Assembly (NCBI GenBank): GCA_964632165.1
Contig: CAZWCZ010000001.1
Span: 77,681 to 141,680, forward strand
Direction of reading: 5' to 3'
Length of the DNA stretch: 64,000 bases
DNA from: an uncultured Lachnospiraceae bacterium
GTDB taxonomy: Bacteria; Bacillota; Clostridia; Lachnospirales; Lachnospiraceae
Shown here: piece after piece, positions 27,815 through 38,500 of the stretch
Position numbering within the stretch: the first letter of the stretch is position 1
Layout of the letters: every line of letters starts with the position of its first letter
Notes under the pieces: model-generated
Seen by the model: only the letters and a program-made list of their open reading frames with translations
What the model was told of the DNA's origin: nothing
Databases searched by the model: none
Made by a program: the position numbers and the translations under genes

Positions 27815-29038
27815 TTATGCCATGATACGATTAAAATTCTTTTTGCCACGTTTTACGATCTTTCCTTCTCCGGTCAGTTCTTCTTTCCGGAATGTCTTTG
27901 TAAAATCCGTCACTTTTTCTCCATCAACCGTAACACCACCCTGTTCTACGGCACGTCTTCCTTCCGAACGGCTTGTTACCAGGCCTGCTGCTACCAACAT
28001 GGAAATAATGTCAATCGTTCCATCCTTAAAATTTTCTTCGGATAATTCTGTTGTTGGCATGTTTTCCAGATTTCCGCCGCCTGCAAATAATGCTTTCGAC
28101 GCCTCCAGTGCCTTTGTTGCCTCTTCCTCACCATGTACAAGTTTTGTAAGTTCGAATGCCAGAATTTCCTTCGCCTTATTTAATTCGCTGCCTTCCCAGG
28201 ATTCCATTGCTGAAATTTCCTCTAAAGGAAGGAATGTCAGCATTTTCAGGCACTTAATGACGTCCTGATCTCCCACATTTCTCCAATACTGGAAAAATTC
28301 AAACGGGGTCGTCTTATTTGGATCCAGCCATACAGCGCCGGACTGCGTCTTCCCCATTTTCTTTCCTTCCGAATTCAACAAAAGATTAATGGTCATGGCA
28401 TAAGCATCTTTGCCAAGTTTTCTTCGGATCAACTCTGTTCCCCCCAGCATATTGCTCCACTGGTCATCTCCTCCAAACTGCATATTGCAGCCATACTTTT
28501 CGTATAATGCAAGGAAATCATAACTCTGCATGATCATATAGTTAAATTCCAGGAAGCTTAGTCCCCTTTCCATTCTCTGCTTATAGCATTCTGCAGTCAG
28601 CATCCGGTTTACGGAAAAATGCGGTCCGACCTCACGAAGTACTTCAATATAATTTAAGCCCATCAGCCAGTCGGCATTATTTACCATCATCGCTTTTCCT
28701 TCAGAAAAATCAATAAAACGGCTCATCTGCTTTTTAAAGCACTCACAATTATGTGCTATTGTTTCTGTTGTCATCATCTGACGCATATCCGTTCTGCCGG
28801 AAGGATCTCCGATCATGGCAGTTCCTCCGCCAATCAATGCAATCGGCTTATTTCCTGCCATCTGAAGACGCTTCATCAGGCAAAGTGCCATAAAATGTCC
28901 TACATGAAGGCTGTCTGCCGTAGGGTCAAACCCGATATAAAATACTGCCTTTCCGTTATCGATCATTTCCTTAATTTCTTCCTCATCAGTTACCTGAGCG
29001 ATCAAACCTCTGGCAACTAATTCTTCATATACTGTCAT
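27815..29038 (-). CDS. tyrS: tyrosine--tRNA ligase
   Basis: HIGH motif (LHVGHF), KMSKS-like KMGKT and a C-terminal S4 domain. Start at [12 protein letters not shown]. Confidence 0.93.
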   Translation of the reverse strand: MTVYEELVARGLIAQVTDEEEIKEMIDNGKAVFYIGFDPTADSLHVGHFMALCLMKRLQMAGNKPIALIGGGTAMIGDPSGRTDMRQMMTTETIAHNCECFKKQMSRFIDFSEGKAMMVNNADWLMGLNYIEVLREVGPHFSVNRMLTAECYKQRMERGLSFLEFNYMIMQSYDFLALYEKYGCNMQFGGDDQWSNMLGGTELIRRKLGKDAYAMTINLLLNSEGKKMGKTQSGAVWLDPNKTTPFEFFQYWRNVGDQDVIKCLKMLTFLPLEEISAMESWEGSELNKAKEILAFELTKLVHGEEEATKALEASKALFAGGGNLENMPTTELSEENFKDGTIDIISMLVAAGLVTSRSEGRRAVEQGGVTVDGEKVTDFTKTFRKEELTGEGKIVKRGKKNFNRIMA

Positions 29039-29104
29039 TTTTCTTCCTCGCTTTCTTTGTTTATCTTCTGGCATCAGTTCTTCCACATATCCGGGAACTT
29101 TTCC

Positions 29105-29386
29105 AGAAAAAAAACCTCGTCCCCAAAAAAGGACGAGGTATCTACCACGTGTTACCACCTTAATTCACAAATGTCTCAAAACATCTGCCTCAACAAGTAC
29201 AGCAAGCCATGCCTCCGGCACCTTGCGATACTACGGCACAATAACGGTTGCCTTCCGTCGCAGCCTACTCATTCCTTTTCGGTACGAAACTCCGGGATGT
29301 ATTCCTGCTGCTGTACTTTGCTCCTCTCATCCACCGGCAACTTTCTGTCAAGCCTCCACAGCACTACTTCTTCCCATCACTGTCTT
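29105..29386 (-). promoter_or_regulatory. T-box riboswitch leader (Tyr specifier UAC) with terminator/antiterminator
   Basis: The minus strand has the conserved T-box aattaaGGTGGTAacACGtgg (29145..29165). The terminator is acctcgtcc-ttttttgg-ggacgaggt plus a U-run (29105..29139). The specifier context is ggaaUACAucc (UAC at 29299..29301). Confidence 0.85.
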
Positions 29387-29393
29387 CTGAGAC

Positions 29394-29423
29394 ATTATAG
29401 GATAACGCACCTGACTTTGTCAA
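29394..29423 (-). promoter_or_regulatory. consensus sigma-A promoter of the tyrS leader (TTGACA-18 nt-TATAAT)
   Basis: On the minus strand, TTGACA lies at 29423..29418 and TATAAT at 29399..29394. Confidence 0.75.
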
Positions 29424-29459
29424 GATTTTTATTGGATTTTTCCTGACCCCAAGCCATTT

Positions 29460-31550
29460 TTATTGTTCTCGATACATCTTCCATCTGCGTTCTATCTCCT
29501 TAATGGTCTCTTCCAATTCTTTTTCTCCATAAATATACTGCCTAAAAGTTGACAAATACACTTCATCTTCTAATTCAAAACATACATTTGCATCAGAAAA
29601 CGTCTCATACATTTCTTTGATGAACGGGGTATCCGTATAAGTAGAAACATCTTCGAGCATAAACGTGTTCTCTTCCTTTAACAGATGCTTCGCATAGGCA
29701 GAAATGTATTCTAACGCTTTTTCTTTGTTCTCAGAATTCGGATTTACCACAAGGAAGGAAACATATGCCGTGTTTCCGCTCCTTCCTGAAATGTTCGGAA
29801 CCCCGGCAGTTCCGTAGACATCCATCGTACCAAGGATTTCTGCCAAATTTTCAAACTGGAACATGCCGTAGACTTTCCAGAAATAAAACTCCGGAACCTT
29901 ATTTGGAGATACATTCGTAACATCTTTAAATTCCGGATCTGTCCATCCGGTCTCCCTGCTGTCTCGCAGCTGCTTCGCATAAGAGCGGAATACATCCGTA
30001 TCAAACGTATCATAAACGGACAGATACTGACTGCAGAAGTGCTCTATCATACTTTCGATTCCCATACTGACAATCTTTTCTTTTTCCTCTTCGTTTAGAT
30101 ATATCTTTGTCAGAAAATCAACGAACTCCGTCCAGTCCATGCCCTCTAAATCGACACCCTGTTCCATACAGTATTCCTTATTATAGATCAGCGTCAGCAC
30201 TTCTGTCTGTATTGGCAGCATCCAGATGTCTCCGTTTTCATTTGTAGCAAGTTCCCGAATATATGGGAAACAGGAATCCAGGTATTCTTGCACTCCTTCC
30301 ACTTCATTTAACGGATAATACCCTCCGTTTTCCTTCAATTCATAGGAAATCTGTTCCGAAGAACGAAGGGAATATACATCAAAATCATCATCTCCCGCCA
30401 TCGCCTTTAATGCAAATACCTCATCAGAAACTTTCATTTCTTTTATCAGGAATCCGCAAGGATACGGCTTATCCCTCATATCTCCTATTTCAAGCAGTCG
30501 GATGGTGTTCGACCGGTTCACGACATTTTCCACACAGACACGGTATATCCCTGTTTTGTCTGTTTTATTGATATAAAAAATAAAACCTTTCCGATACTCT
30601 GCCGGAGTATCGCATTCGAACCCGGAAACGATCATCAGCTCCTCTTCTCCCGTTTCTTCCATTCCATATGGATAAAAAAACAGTTCTTTTTCATCTCCAT
30701 ATCCGGAACGTTTGATCAGAAATACTCCGTCTGCACAGCTTCCGCTGACATAAACGTTTCTGAAATCTATTCCCTGCATCCGGTTCCGTTCGGTCAACGT
30801 TCCTTCCCTGTGGTCAAAATCCATAAAATGGAATCCCGTCTGCATATCATAGGTCTGTATCATAAGTGTATTCTGTTCCGTAAGATACAGTGCGGATGGA
30901 AACTCTATCGTCATTGCCTGTGGCAATGGATTTTCCACACTAAGATTCAGACGAAAAACCACTCTGTTTTTATAAGATTTTGCAATATTATCCAAAGATT
31001 CCACATCTTCAGTAGAATTATCCTTTCGATCCATCAGGACGTAAAGATACTGATCTACAATTTCTGTATAGATGGTTCCGGAACCTCGATCGTATTCCGA
31101 AAGAGAATTTACCAACTTTACTTCCCAGGTATCCGTATCTACCGCATAGACTGCCATTGTTTTGCTATCTGCCATTGATTTTCCGGTAACCAGATACAAG
31201 ACCCCTCCCTTTGCAGCTATGGATGCCACGATACCATTCCCCAAATGCACCTCTTCCGATGCCGTACAGACTCCATCAAGTGCGTATACACTAATTTTTT
31301 GCACACCGTAATCCGTTGATTCTCCCGGGAGGTAATATGATTCTCTTATTCTCTGTACCGTATATAGTATTCCGTTTTCATCGACTGCCAATAGTTCTGC
31401 ATCTTCAGTCCCCTCATAATAGAATTCATCTTTTGATACCGGAAGCAGTTCTATCTGTTCTTTTTCATCTTTCACGTTGCATCCGACCAGACTGACTAAC
31501 AGGATCACGATGATAAAAACAGTCACTCTTACTTTTTTCCCCATACTCAT
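29460..31550 (-). CDS. lipoprotein: propeller-like N-domain + solute-binding-like C-domain (paralog of 3173..5215)
   Basis: MSMGKKVRVTVFIIVILLVSLVGCN lipobox. It is collinear with the 707-aa ORF (NENGDIWMLP, YNKEYC, MDWTEFVDF). Its ATG overlaps the TGA of the upstream gene (ATGA). Confidence 0.65.
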   Translation of the reverse strand: MSMGKKVRVTVFIIVILLVSLVGCNVKDEKEQIELLPVSKDEFYYEGTEDAELLAVDENGILYTVQRIRESYYLPGESTDYGVQKISVYALDGVCTASEEVHLGNGIVASIAAKGGVLYLVTGKSMADSKTMAVYAVDTDTWEVKLVNSLSEYDRGSGTIYTEIVDQYLYVLMDRKDNSTEDVESLDNIAKSYKNRVVFRLNLSVENPLPQAMTIEFPSALYLTEQNTLMIQTYDMQTGFHFMDFDHREGTLTERNRMQGIDFRNVYVSGSCADGVFLIKRSGYGDEKELFFYPYGMEETGEEELMIVSGFECDTPAEYRKGFIFYINKTDKTGIYRVCVENVVNRSNTIRLLEIGDMRDKPYPCGFLIKEMKVSDEVFALKAMAGDDDFDVYSLRSSEQISYELKENGGYYPLNEVEGVQEYLDSCFPYIRELATNENGDIWMLPIQTEVLTLIYNKEYCMEQGVDLEGMDWTEFVDFLTKIYLNEEEKEKIVSMGIESMIEHFCSQYLSVYDTFDTDVFRSYAKQLRDSRETGWTDPEFKDVTNVSPNKVPEFYFWKVYGMFQFENLAEILGTMDVYGTAGVPNISGRSGNTAYVSFLVVNPNSENKEKALEYISAYAKHLLKEENTFMLEDVSTYTDTPFIKEMYETFSDANVCFELEDEVYLSTFRQYIYGEKELEETIKEIERRWKMYREQ

Positions 31551-32890
31551 TCCTCCACCACTTTCTCCACGTTTACCAACAATTCTTCCTCTGTAAGATA
31601 ACACCCATAGCTTTCATTTTTTCGTGCTGATTCTGTCAGCACGCGAGAGACTCCTTTTTCAGTCAAAATATATATATGCTCTCCATCTGTATAAAGTCGT
31701 TCTATATGATATCCTTCATGATTCATTTCTTGCAAAAAATAACACTCTATTTCTCCGCTTTCCCGGTTCATTACATATATTCGGTCACCACCGTCAGCGA
31801 TTATTATCGACTCCATCGTCATTGTCCAGTAGCGTACCTGTGCTGAAAAAACATCTATATATCCGTTAGCCCAGGCATATTTTATCTCAAACGCAGTTTT
31901 AAATTTTTTAAAATCATGCGTTGTACTTTCCATTGTCAGCAGGTCGATCTGAATGATATTTTCCCCTCTGAGTGCGTATAGCATATCATCCATAATACCG
32001 CAGGAATCAAAGATTTCCTCTCCTTCGCATAAAACAATTAGCGAATCGTCATTTCTCGATTGTAATACTAATCTCAGGTTATCTGCCGTTTCATAATCGT
32101 GGTACAGATAATAATCTCTCCATCCACCCCTGGTTCCACGCTTTGTATCAATGATCGGTTCTTCTTCTCCAAACGCAAGGAAATAATCAGTAGTAGAAAA
32201 GACATATACCCATTTATTCCATTCTTCAAAATAATATGGCATCTCCTCATATTCTCCGATAAAATAAATCCCATCCTCGGTTACCGTTAATGTCATAAAA
32301 GCCTTCCGATCAAGATAAGACCGTGCTGTTAAATTCTTACCTGCCGCATAGACCAGATCTATGGTCCCTGCTTCCGGTGAATATGAATAAATATCTCCAT
32401 TATACATTCCTTCCGGAAATCGATACACATCATGCGTTTCTAATACAAAGTAGAGCACTCCATCCTGCATATATAACTCTCTGGCAGGTAATGCTACCGC
32501 AAGCTCTGCCTCACCGTCTTTCAGACGGTAAATATAATAATCCTGATTCTGATTAACAAAATAAACTGCTCCGCTTTCTCCATCTATACAAAATAAAGAT
32601 TCTGAATCATTATGAAACGGTAAGTCCATACGGTTTATTGCATTATATCGGGCTTCTTCCGAAGCGTCTTTCTTTTCCAAAGCTTCCTGCAACACCGTTT
32701 CAGGAATGGTGATCAAAGGTCTGCTCTCTTCTTCGTCATTTCCTGTTTTTTCTTCGTCTGCAAAAAAGTTTCCTTTCGTCGGTTCCGGTGTGACTCCCGT
32801 CCGGTTTCCTGATATTTCACTGTTACACCCTGCCAGACCTATCATTATGAAAATAGACAAAAACAGTACGTATCTTATTCCTTTCTTCAT
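31547..32890 (-). CDS. DUF5050-like beta-propeller lipoprotein
   Basis: MKKGIRYVLFLSIFIMIGLAGCN lipobox and repeated YY.Y(R/L)...DG..E..L blades. Paralog of 1..1155. Confidence 0.7.
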   Translation of the reverse strand: MKKGIRYVLFLSIFIMIGLAGCNSEISGNRTGVTPEPTKGNFFADEEKTGNDEEESRPLITIPETVLQEALEKKDASEEARYNAINRMDLPFHNDSESLFCIDGESGAVYFVNQNQDYYIYRLKDGEAELAVALPARELYMQDGVLYFVLETHDVYRFPEGMYNGDIYSYSPEAGTIDLVYAAGKNLTARSYLDRKAFMTLTVTEDGIYFIGEYEEMPYYFEEWNKWVYVFSTTDYFLAFGEEEPIIDTKRGTRGGWRDYYLYHDYETADNLRLVLQSRNDDSLIVLCEGEEIFDSCGIMDDMLYALRGENIIQIDLLTMESTTHDFKKFKTAFEIKYAWANGYIDVFSAQVRYWTMTMESIIIADGGDRIYVMNRESGEIECYFLQEMNHEGYHIERLYTDGEHIYILTEKGVSRVLTESARKNESYGCYLTEEELLVNVEKVVEE

Positions 32891-32979
32891 CGTCATTCCT
32901 CCTTTTTGATATTCCGGGACACAAAAATTTCGCGTCCCGGAATGCTAAGTTCTTAAATTTACTACACTATAAGCAATTC

Positions 32980-33375
32980 TTAATCATGCCCATCAACATC
33001 TGCAAGTGTGTGTACATCGTTAATGGTATACGTATCTCCGTTTTCAATCAACACATAATAACCACACTCTTTCCCCTTTGTCAGAGCATTTACCTGGCAC
33101 ACATACGCAGACTCATAAATTTCATCCACGATATCACAGACCATCTTTACCTCATCGTCCACTCCATCTCCATCGATATCGACATGTCCCGTAAAAATAT
33201 GTCCGTATTTTACTATGGTCTCTGTCTTCTGGTACCCTTGCAGCATATATGTATGATTACAAGTCGATGTAGCTGCACCAACCGACACGAAAGGTGGCAT
33301 ACAGCCAAGGGAAAATGCGGTCAGAATGGACACAGCAAAAAACCTCTTTCCAAAATTCAAGTATGACTTCTTCAT
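32980..33375 (-). CDS. small secreted Cys-rich protein (paralog of 1252..1641)
   Basis: Signal peptide ...FVSVGAAT, DIDGDGVDDE motif, and RBS AGGAGG 8 nt before the ATG at 33375. Confidence 0.6.
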   Translation of the reverse strand: MKKSYLNFGKRFFAVSILTAFSLGCMPPFVSVGAATSTCNHTYMLQGYQKTETIVKYGHIFTGHVDIDGDGVDDEVKMVCDIVDEIYESAYVCQVNALTKGKECGYYVLIENGDTYTINDVHTLADVDGHD

Positions 33376-33745
33376 CGTCATTCCTCCTTTTTGTTTTTTT
33401 GATATGCATATCGTTTTTCTTAAGAATGGTTGCATTATAGCATACTATTTTTGGAAAAGTAAAGGAAAAATTCCTTTTTTTACCATTTTTTTGATTTTTA
33501 TAACAGATTGGCATGCATAAAAAACTTCGTTTTCTAGAATATTTGCATTATAGCATAAGTTTTCACAAAACAAAAGGAACTAAAGTACTGATTTTAAAAT
33601 TTTCTTTTGTTTTTTTGTTTATTTTTCACTTTTCTATTTTTATAAAATACTTCCCACTTGAGTTTTTCGGAGTGCTGTCATATAATTCGTCTGTCGGAAC
33701 GTGGTTCCCACCTTCTTCGATATGACCTTTAGGAAAGGGATTGAA

Positions 33746-35476
33746 ATGAATAAAATTAAAGACCCCTATAAAAATTATATTATGAATACCTCTGAGAATC
33801 ATGCTGCTTTGCGCGCGATCCAAGAATTTTTCAGCAATATGGAAAATAAAATTTCCCAAAATACATACCACCATTTTCTTCTCTGCATATTGCGATACTG
33901 TGCCGAACAATTAGCAAAACAATCCGGCATCATCTGTCCTGCTTCCCTTTTAGATGATCTGATCGACAGCAGAAGCTACTCTCACTTTTGTGCTTCCTAT
34001 CCTTCATTGCAAAAGATCCTCTGCACATATTATGAGGAAGAAGATACCCTGGGATACTTCTATTTGTCTTTGAGTGATCTGAAAGAGCGTAAGCGGTCCG
34101 GTTCTTACTATACTCCTTTTTCCATTTCCAAAAAACTGATCTCATCACATCTTTCTGACACTGCTTTAGGAAAAACATGGTTGGATCCTGCCTGTGGTAC
34201 CGGAAGTTTTCTTCTTCAGTTACCAAAAAATATTCCGCTTGATTCCATCTATGGAAATGACATCAATCCTGTGTGCATTGCGATAGCTCGCATCAACCTG
34301 GCAATGAAATACAAAGTCACAACAAAAGAAGATCTTATGACTTTATATCGCAATTTCACTGTATCCGACTTTTTAAATTTGCCCTATCGTTTTTCTTATG
34401 ATATCATTTTAGGAAATCCGCCATGGGGAGCTGCGCTTACTGCCTCGCAAAAAAAGCTGTATCAAAACAGTTTTTCATGCGTCGGGCAGTCGATCGAAAT
34501 ATTTGACCTTTTTATAGAGCAGGCACTGGATCTTCTTTCTGCAGACGGTATCCTCGCCTATATTCTTCCCGAATCGGTTCTTACTGTAAAAGGCCATGCC
34601 CGTGTCCGGAAATTAATTCGCGATACAACAACTGCATTGTCCATAGAATATCTGGGAGATGCCTTTGATCAAGTATACTGTCCCAGTATCCTTCTTGTCC
34701 TGAAGAAAACAACAAAAAAAACTTTCTATGACCATACTTTGGTAATAAAAAGTTCACAGATGTACCGAATTTTGATTTCCCGCAATGACGAAAACGACAC
34801 TTTTTCCTTTTCGCTAACTGACAAAGAATATCTGCTTCTTCAAAAACTCAAGAAAATTCAAAACTGTACCTTTTTGAAAGACAATGCAGACTTTGCACTT
34901 GGCATTGTAACCGGGAATAATGATGCCTTCCTTTTAAACGATAAGCATCCCGATACCGAACCGTTTATTCGTGGATGCGATATTGAAAGATATCACATCC
35001 GCTCTGTCAGCGGCTATTTGAAATTTTCTCCGACACAATTCCAGCAAACCGCACCGGAGAGATTTTACCGGGCAAAAGAAAAACTTGTTTACCGTTTTAT
35101 CAACCGCAAACTGATTTTTGCTTATGACACAAGTGGGCTGTTATCCCTGAACAGCTGTAATGTTTTAATTCCTCATTTAAGCGGACTAAGTATCAAATAT
35201 ATCTTGGCAATACTCAATTCTTCCGTTGCCCAGTATATATTTGAAAAGCAATTTTCTTCTGTAAAGGTTCTCCGTTCGCAATTGGAATTGATCCCGATCC
35301 CGATTGTCGACCAAGCAACCCAGGAAGATTTGCTTCCAATGGTAGATCTGCTCCTTACGCATCCTTCCGACTCTGAGCAATATATGTCTGTCTACCAAAA
35401 GCTGGACGAAAAAATTGCCAAATTGTTTGGCTTAACAAGAGAAGAATACCTTTGGCTGAAAAACCACATTTATTAA
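33746..35476 (+). CDS. N6-adenine DNA methyltransferase, Eco57I/TaqI-like (gamma class) with a TaqI-type C-terminal specificity domain
   Basis: Motif I LDPACGTGSFLL, motif IV ILGNPPWG, and C-terminal LGIVTGNNDAFLL. The likely start is MNKIKDPYKN, after RBS AGGAAAGGG. Confidence 0.85.
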   Translation: MNKIKDPYKNYIMNTSENHAALRAIQEFFSNMENKISQNTYHHFLLCILRYCAEQLAKQSGIICPASLLDDLIDSRSYSHFCASYPSLQKILCTYYEEEDTLGYFYLSLSDLKERKRSGSYYTPFSISKKLISSHLSDTALGKTWLDPACGTGSFLLQLPKNIPLDSIYGNDINPVCIAIARINLAMKYKVTTKEDLMTLYRNFTVSDFLNLPYRFSYDIILGNPPWGAALTASQKKLYQNSFSCVGQSIEIFDLFIEQALDLLSADGILAYILPESVLTVKGHARVRKLIRDTTTALSIEYLGDAFDQVYCPSILLVLKKTTKKTFYDHTLVIKSSQMYRILISRNDENDTFSFSLTDKEYLLLQKLKKIQNCTFLKDNADFALGIVTGNNDAFLLNDKHPDTEPFIRGCDIERYHIRSVSGYLKFSPTQFQQTAPERFYRAKEKLVYRFINRKLIFAYDTSGLLSLNSCNVLIPHLSGLSIKYILAILNSSVAQYIFEKQFSSVKVLRSQLELIPIPIVDQATQEDLLPMVDLLLTHPSDSEQYMSVYQKLDEKIAKLFGLTREEYLWLKNHIY

Positions 35477-35480
35477 TATT

Positions 35481-35515
35481 TCTGCGTAAGAAGATTTTTG
35501 AACTTCTTACGCAGA
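35481..35515. terminator. bidirectional terminator
   Basis: tctgcgtaagaag-atttttgaa-cttcttacgcaga, a 13-bp perfect stem between convergent genes. Confidence 0.75.
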
Positions 35516-35525
35516 TCCCATTATT

Positions 35526-38500
35526 CTACTCCACACCACCTACTACATAGTCTTGTGCGCTGCTCAATCCCAGATCATAGCGAATCACATCTCCTGCTTT
35601 GCAATTCCATCCGGCATCTTTCATATCAGAATATAGTTTTGTCTCTTCCCACTGTTTGAATTCCACACTCATTCCTGAAGCCGTCTCAAATTCAATGGTA
35701 AATCTCACTCCAAGATATCCTTCTTTTATAAAGAACTCTTCTTCCCCTGAAATGCTGTTCCGTTGCTTATACCATTCAAAATCCTTCTGCTTCTCTTTTT
35801 CCACAACGTACAATTCTGTCGGCAAGGAAAACTCCCCTATCCAGCACGCATCACTCTCTTTTTGTGTCAGATGTATGATTCCATTTGACTGTCCGTTGCG
35901 TTGATCCATTTCACTCCCGGCCCTTACAAAACAATATTTTTCTCCGTCAGAAATAACTGTATAATAAACACAAACTTCCTTTCTTTTCGCTTCTTCGGCT
36001 GATATCAGAAAATAATCCGCCAAAATCCTGACGCTTTCTACTTCATCCGCAAACGCTCCCTCTAATAATGATATCTTATATGTAAAATGATACCCTTTCT
36101 TTAATATAAGAGCCTGTATACCTGATGAAAGTATTTTTCTAGCCGCAATATCTGTAGTATCTGTGATCTCAAATTTCTGTTGCTGTACAGATGCTTTCTT
36201 CTCCCATACAGCATACAACACCAAATGATCCGTTAATATCAGCTTTGTCCCCGGTTCATAAAAATTTCCGCTGCCATCCGCTTCATCATTCCATCCGGCA
36301 TAGATATATCCCTGCCTTTGAAAGAACAGATTAGGAAGCACCGTCGCTGAATAAAAATATCCGGCATCCGCTTCATACTCCTCAATCTTATTTGTTGTGT
36401 GAAAAATACAGCCTGACATCGTTACCGTACATTCATGATTTATCAACGCAACTGCCTGCACTTCTGATATCGCCTGCCAACTGTTCACATGAATTCCAAG
36501 CGTCGTCCCTTTCTGTCCGATTTTTCCTGTCCCATATAAAATCCCATCTTCTCCGAGTGCGTAGGTCGACTGCCAGTCCCGTTTTCCACTGACAAACACT
36601 TCTTCCTCATACGAAACACTTTCAGTTACTTTTACTGCAATATCACGATACTTTCTCCCATTACTGACATTCTGCATTGTCGTGTAGTTATTTTTCGTTA
36701 CACTTTCAACACTTTCACCTATCCCGAGAGCACCCCATACATCATGTCCGGACGCCCACAAACTTCCGTCTTTCGCCAGCCCAATCACCGCACTGTTTTC
36801 TATCGTATACGATAGAAAATCCTCTTCGGTTGTAAATTCACCTATATGGTATAAAACAAGTTTTTCAAAATAGACAAGTTCTCCTGCCATCCGGTTCATC
36901 TTTTCAGGCAAAGGCGACCGCATATTCAATGAATCTGTAATCCAATAAAATGCTCCGTTTTCTAATTCAATATAGAACAGCATTTCTCCATCGGAGCCAT
37001 ACAATGCATATGTTTTTTGTATTTTTGCTTCCGCTTTTCCGAAACAGACTGTTTTGCTTTGACATTCACTTAAGGTATCATCCGGACTGTTTGTTTTCAT
37101 ATAATGGATAATCCCATTTTCTTCCTGTATCAGAGAAATACTGCACTGATGATCGCAATAAAGTTCCTTTGCGTAACACACTTCCGAAGAAATTTCGGAC
37201 TCTGTCAGTTCCCATTCCTCCAAGCCTTCTCTCCTTGTCCTGATGTTTCCATTGCCGTCTACTGCATGATATACATTAATTTCACTCTCCGTATATTCGT
37301 CAAGATACTCATCATACGTTTTCGTTACATATCCGGTGCTCCAAATTGCTTTTATTTCCGTTTCCGACGGATATCTTGCAGTTGAAAGGAGTTTCCATGC
37401 CGTCCCATTCCAATAATATGCCTTTCTCTCTTTATTTTGTCCCGCATGATAGCCTTCATAGTAAAATGTCGTATCTATCGTTCCTTCTTCTGCTGCTCTT
37501 TTCTTTAAGGTTTCTTTTTCTGTGCCGTCCGCCGTAATCCAGTAATAGTACTGACATCCATCCGCAGTTTCATAGTAAATTCCGATACTTCCTGTCGTAC
37601 TCCCAACAATCTTTTCGATTTTTTCCGGTGAATGGAGAAGCTGCAACAGAGTTACCTTTATTGTTTTGTTCTGATAATGCATTTTCCACAAGGTTCCATC
37701 CGCTTGTTGAAAAACCAGCACGGAATTATCATTAAAATAAATGTGCTCCGGAGTCGCCTGCACATTTATCTTTTCCAGCTTCTCTCCTTTTTTCAGAAAT
37801 ATAAATCCATCCTTATCAATAAAAAAGTATACTGCTGCCACGCTGTCGATACCATTATTAAAATCTGCATAGATCACTCCGCCATCCACAATATCCGGAC
37901 TTTTATCTTCTAATACAGATACACTTGTTTGCAAATTTCCGGTTCCTTCGTTTGGATGATAGGTTACTGTGTATCCACACTTGATACAATAATAATCCGA
38001 ATACTCCCGACCATACGCGATCACACTTTCCGCACCCGGCTCCGTGTAGATCACTGTCTTTTCCTGAACATTCCCTTTTGTTCCCAAAGTATCTTCTCCT
38101 CCTCCGATCATCGTTACCGCCGGTACTTTTATCTGTTCCAGCCGACATCCTAAAAAGGCTCCGTTTTCTATTTGTGCTGTTTTATCCGTAAATGCAATCT
38201 CATCCAGATTTTCATGATAAGCAAATGCATATTCCCCTATTCTGACCAAGCCTGAAAACTCCGGTGGCAAAAGACGGAGTGAAAATTCAACTGCCTTTTC
38301 CCAATTCTGCATCACTAAAGTTTTCTTTTCCTGTGAGTAAGATCCATTATAATAATAAACGATTTTTCTCTTTTCTTCCTGTCCCTCTTCTGCAGTTTCC
38401 CATTCTTCGCTGAGTTCTGCATTTTTGTTGACTGCAGACCGAAAAGCACTTTCCCCGATTTTTTCTACATACTCTCCGCCGTTGATCTTATGGAGTGCTT

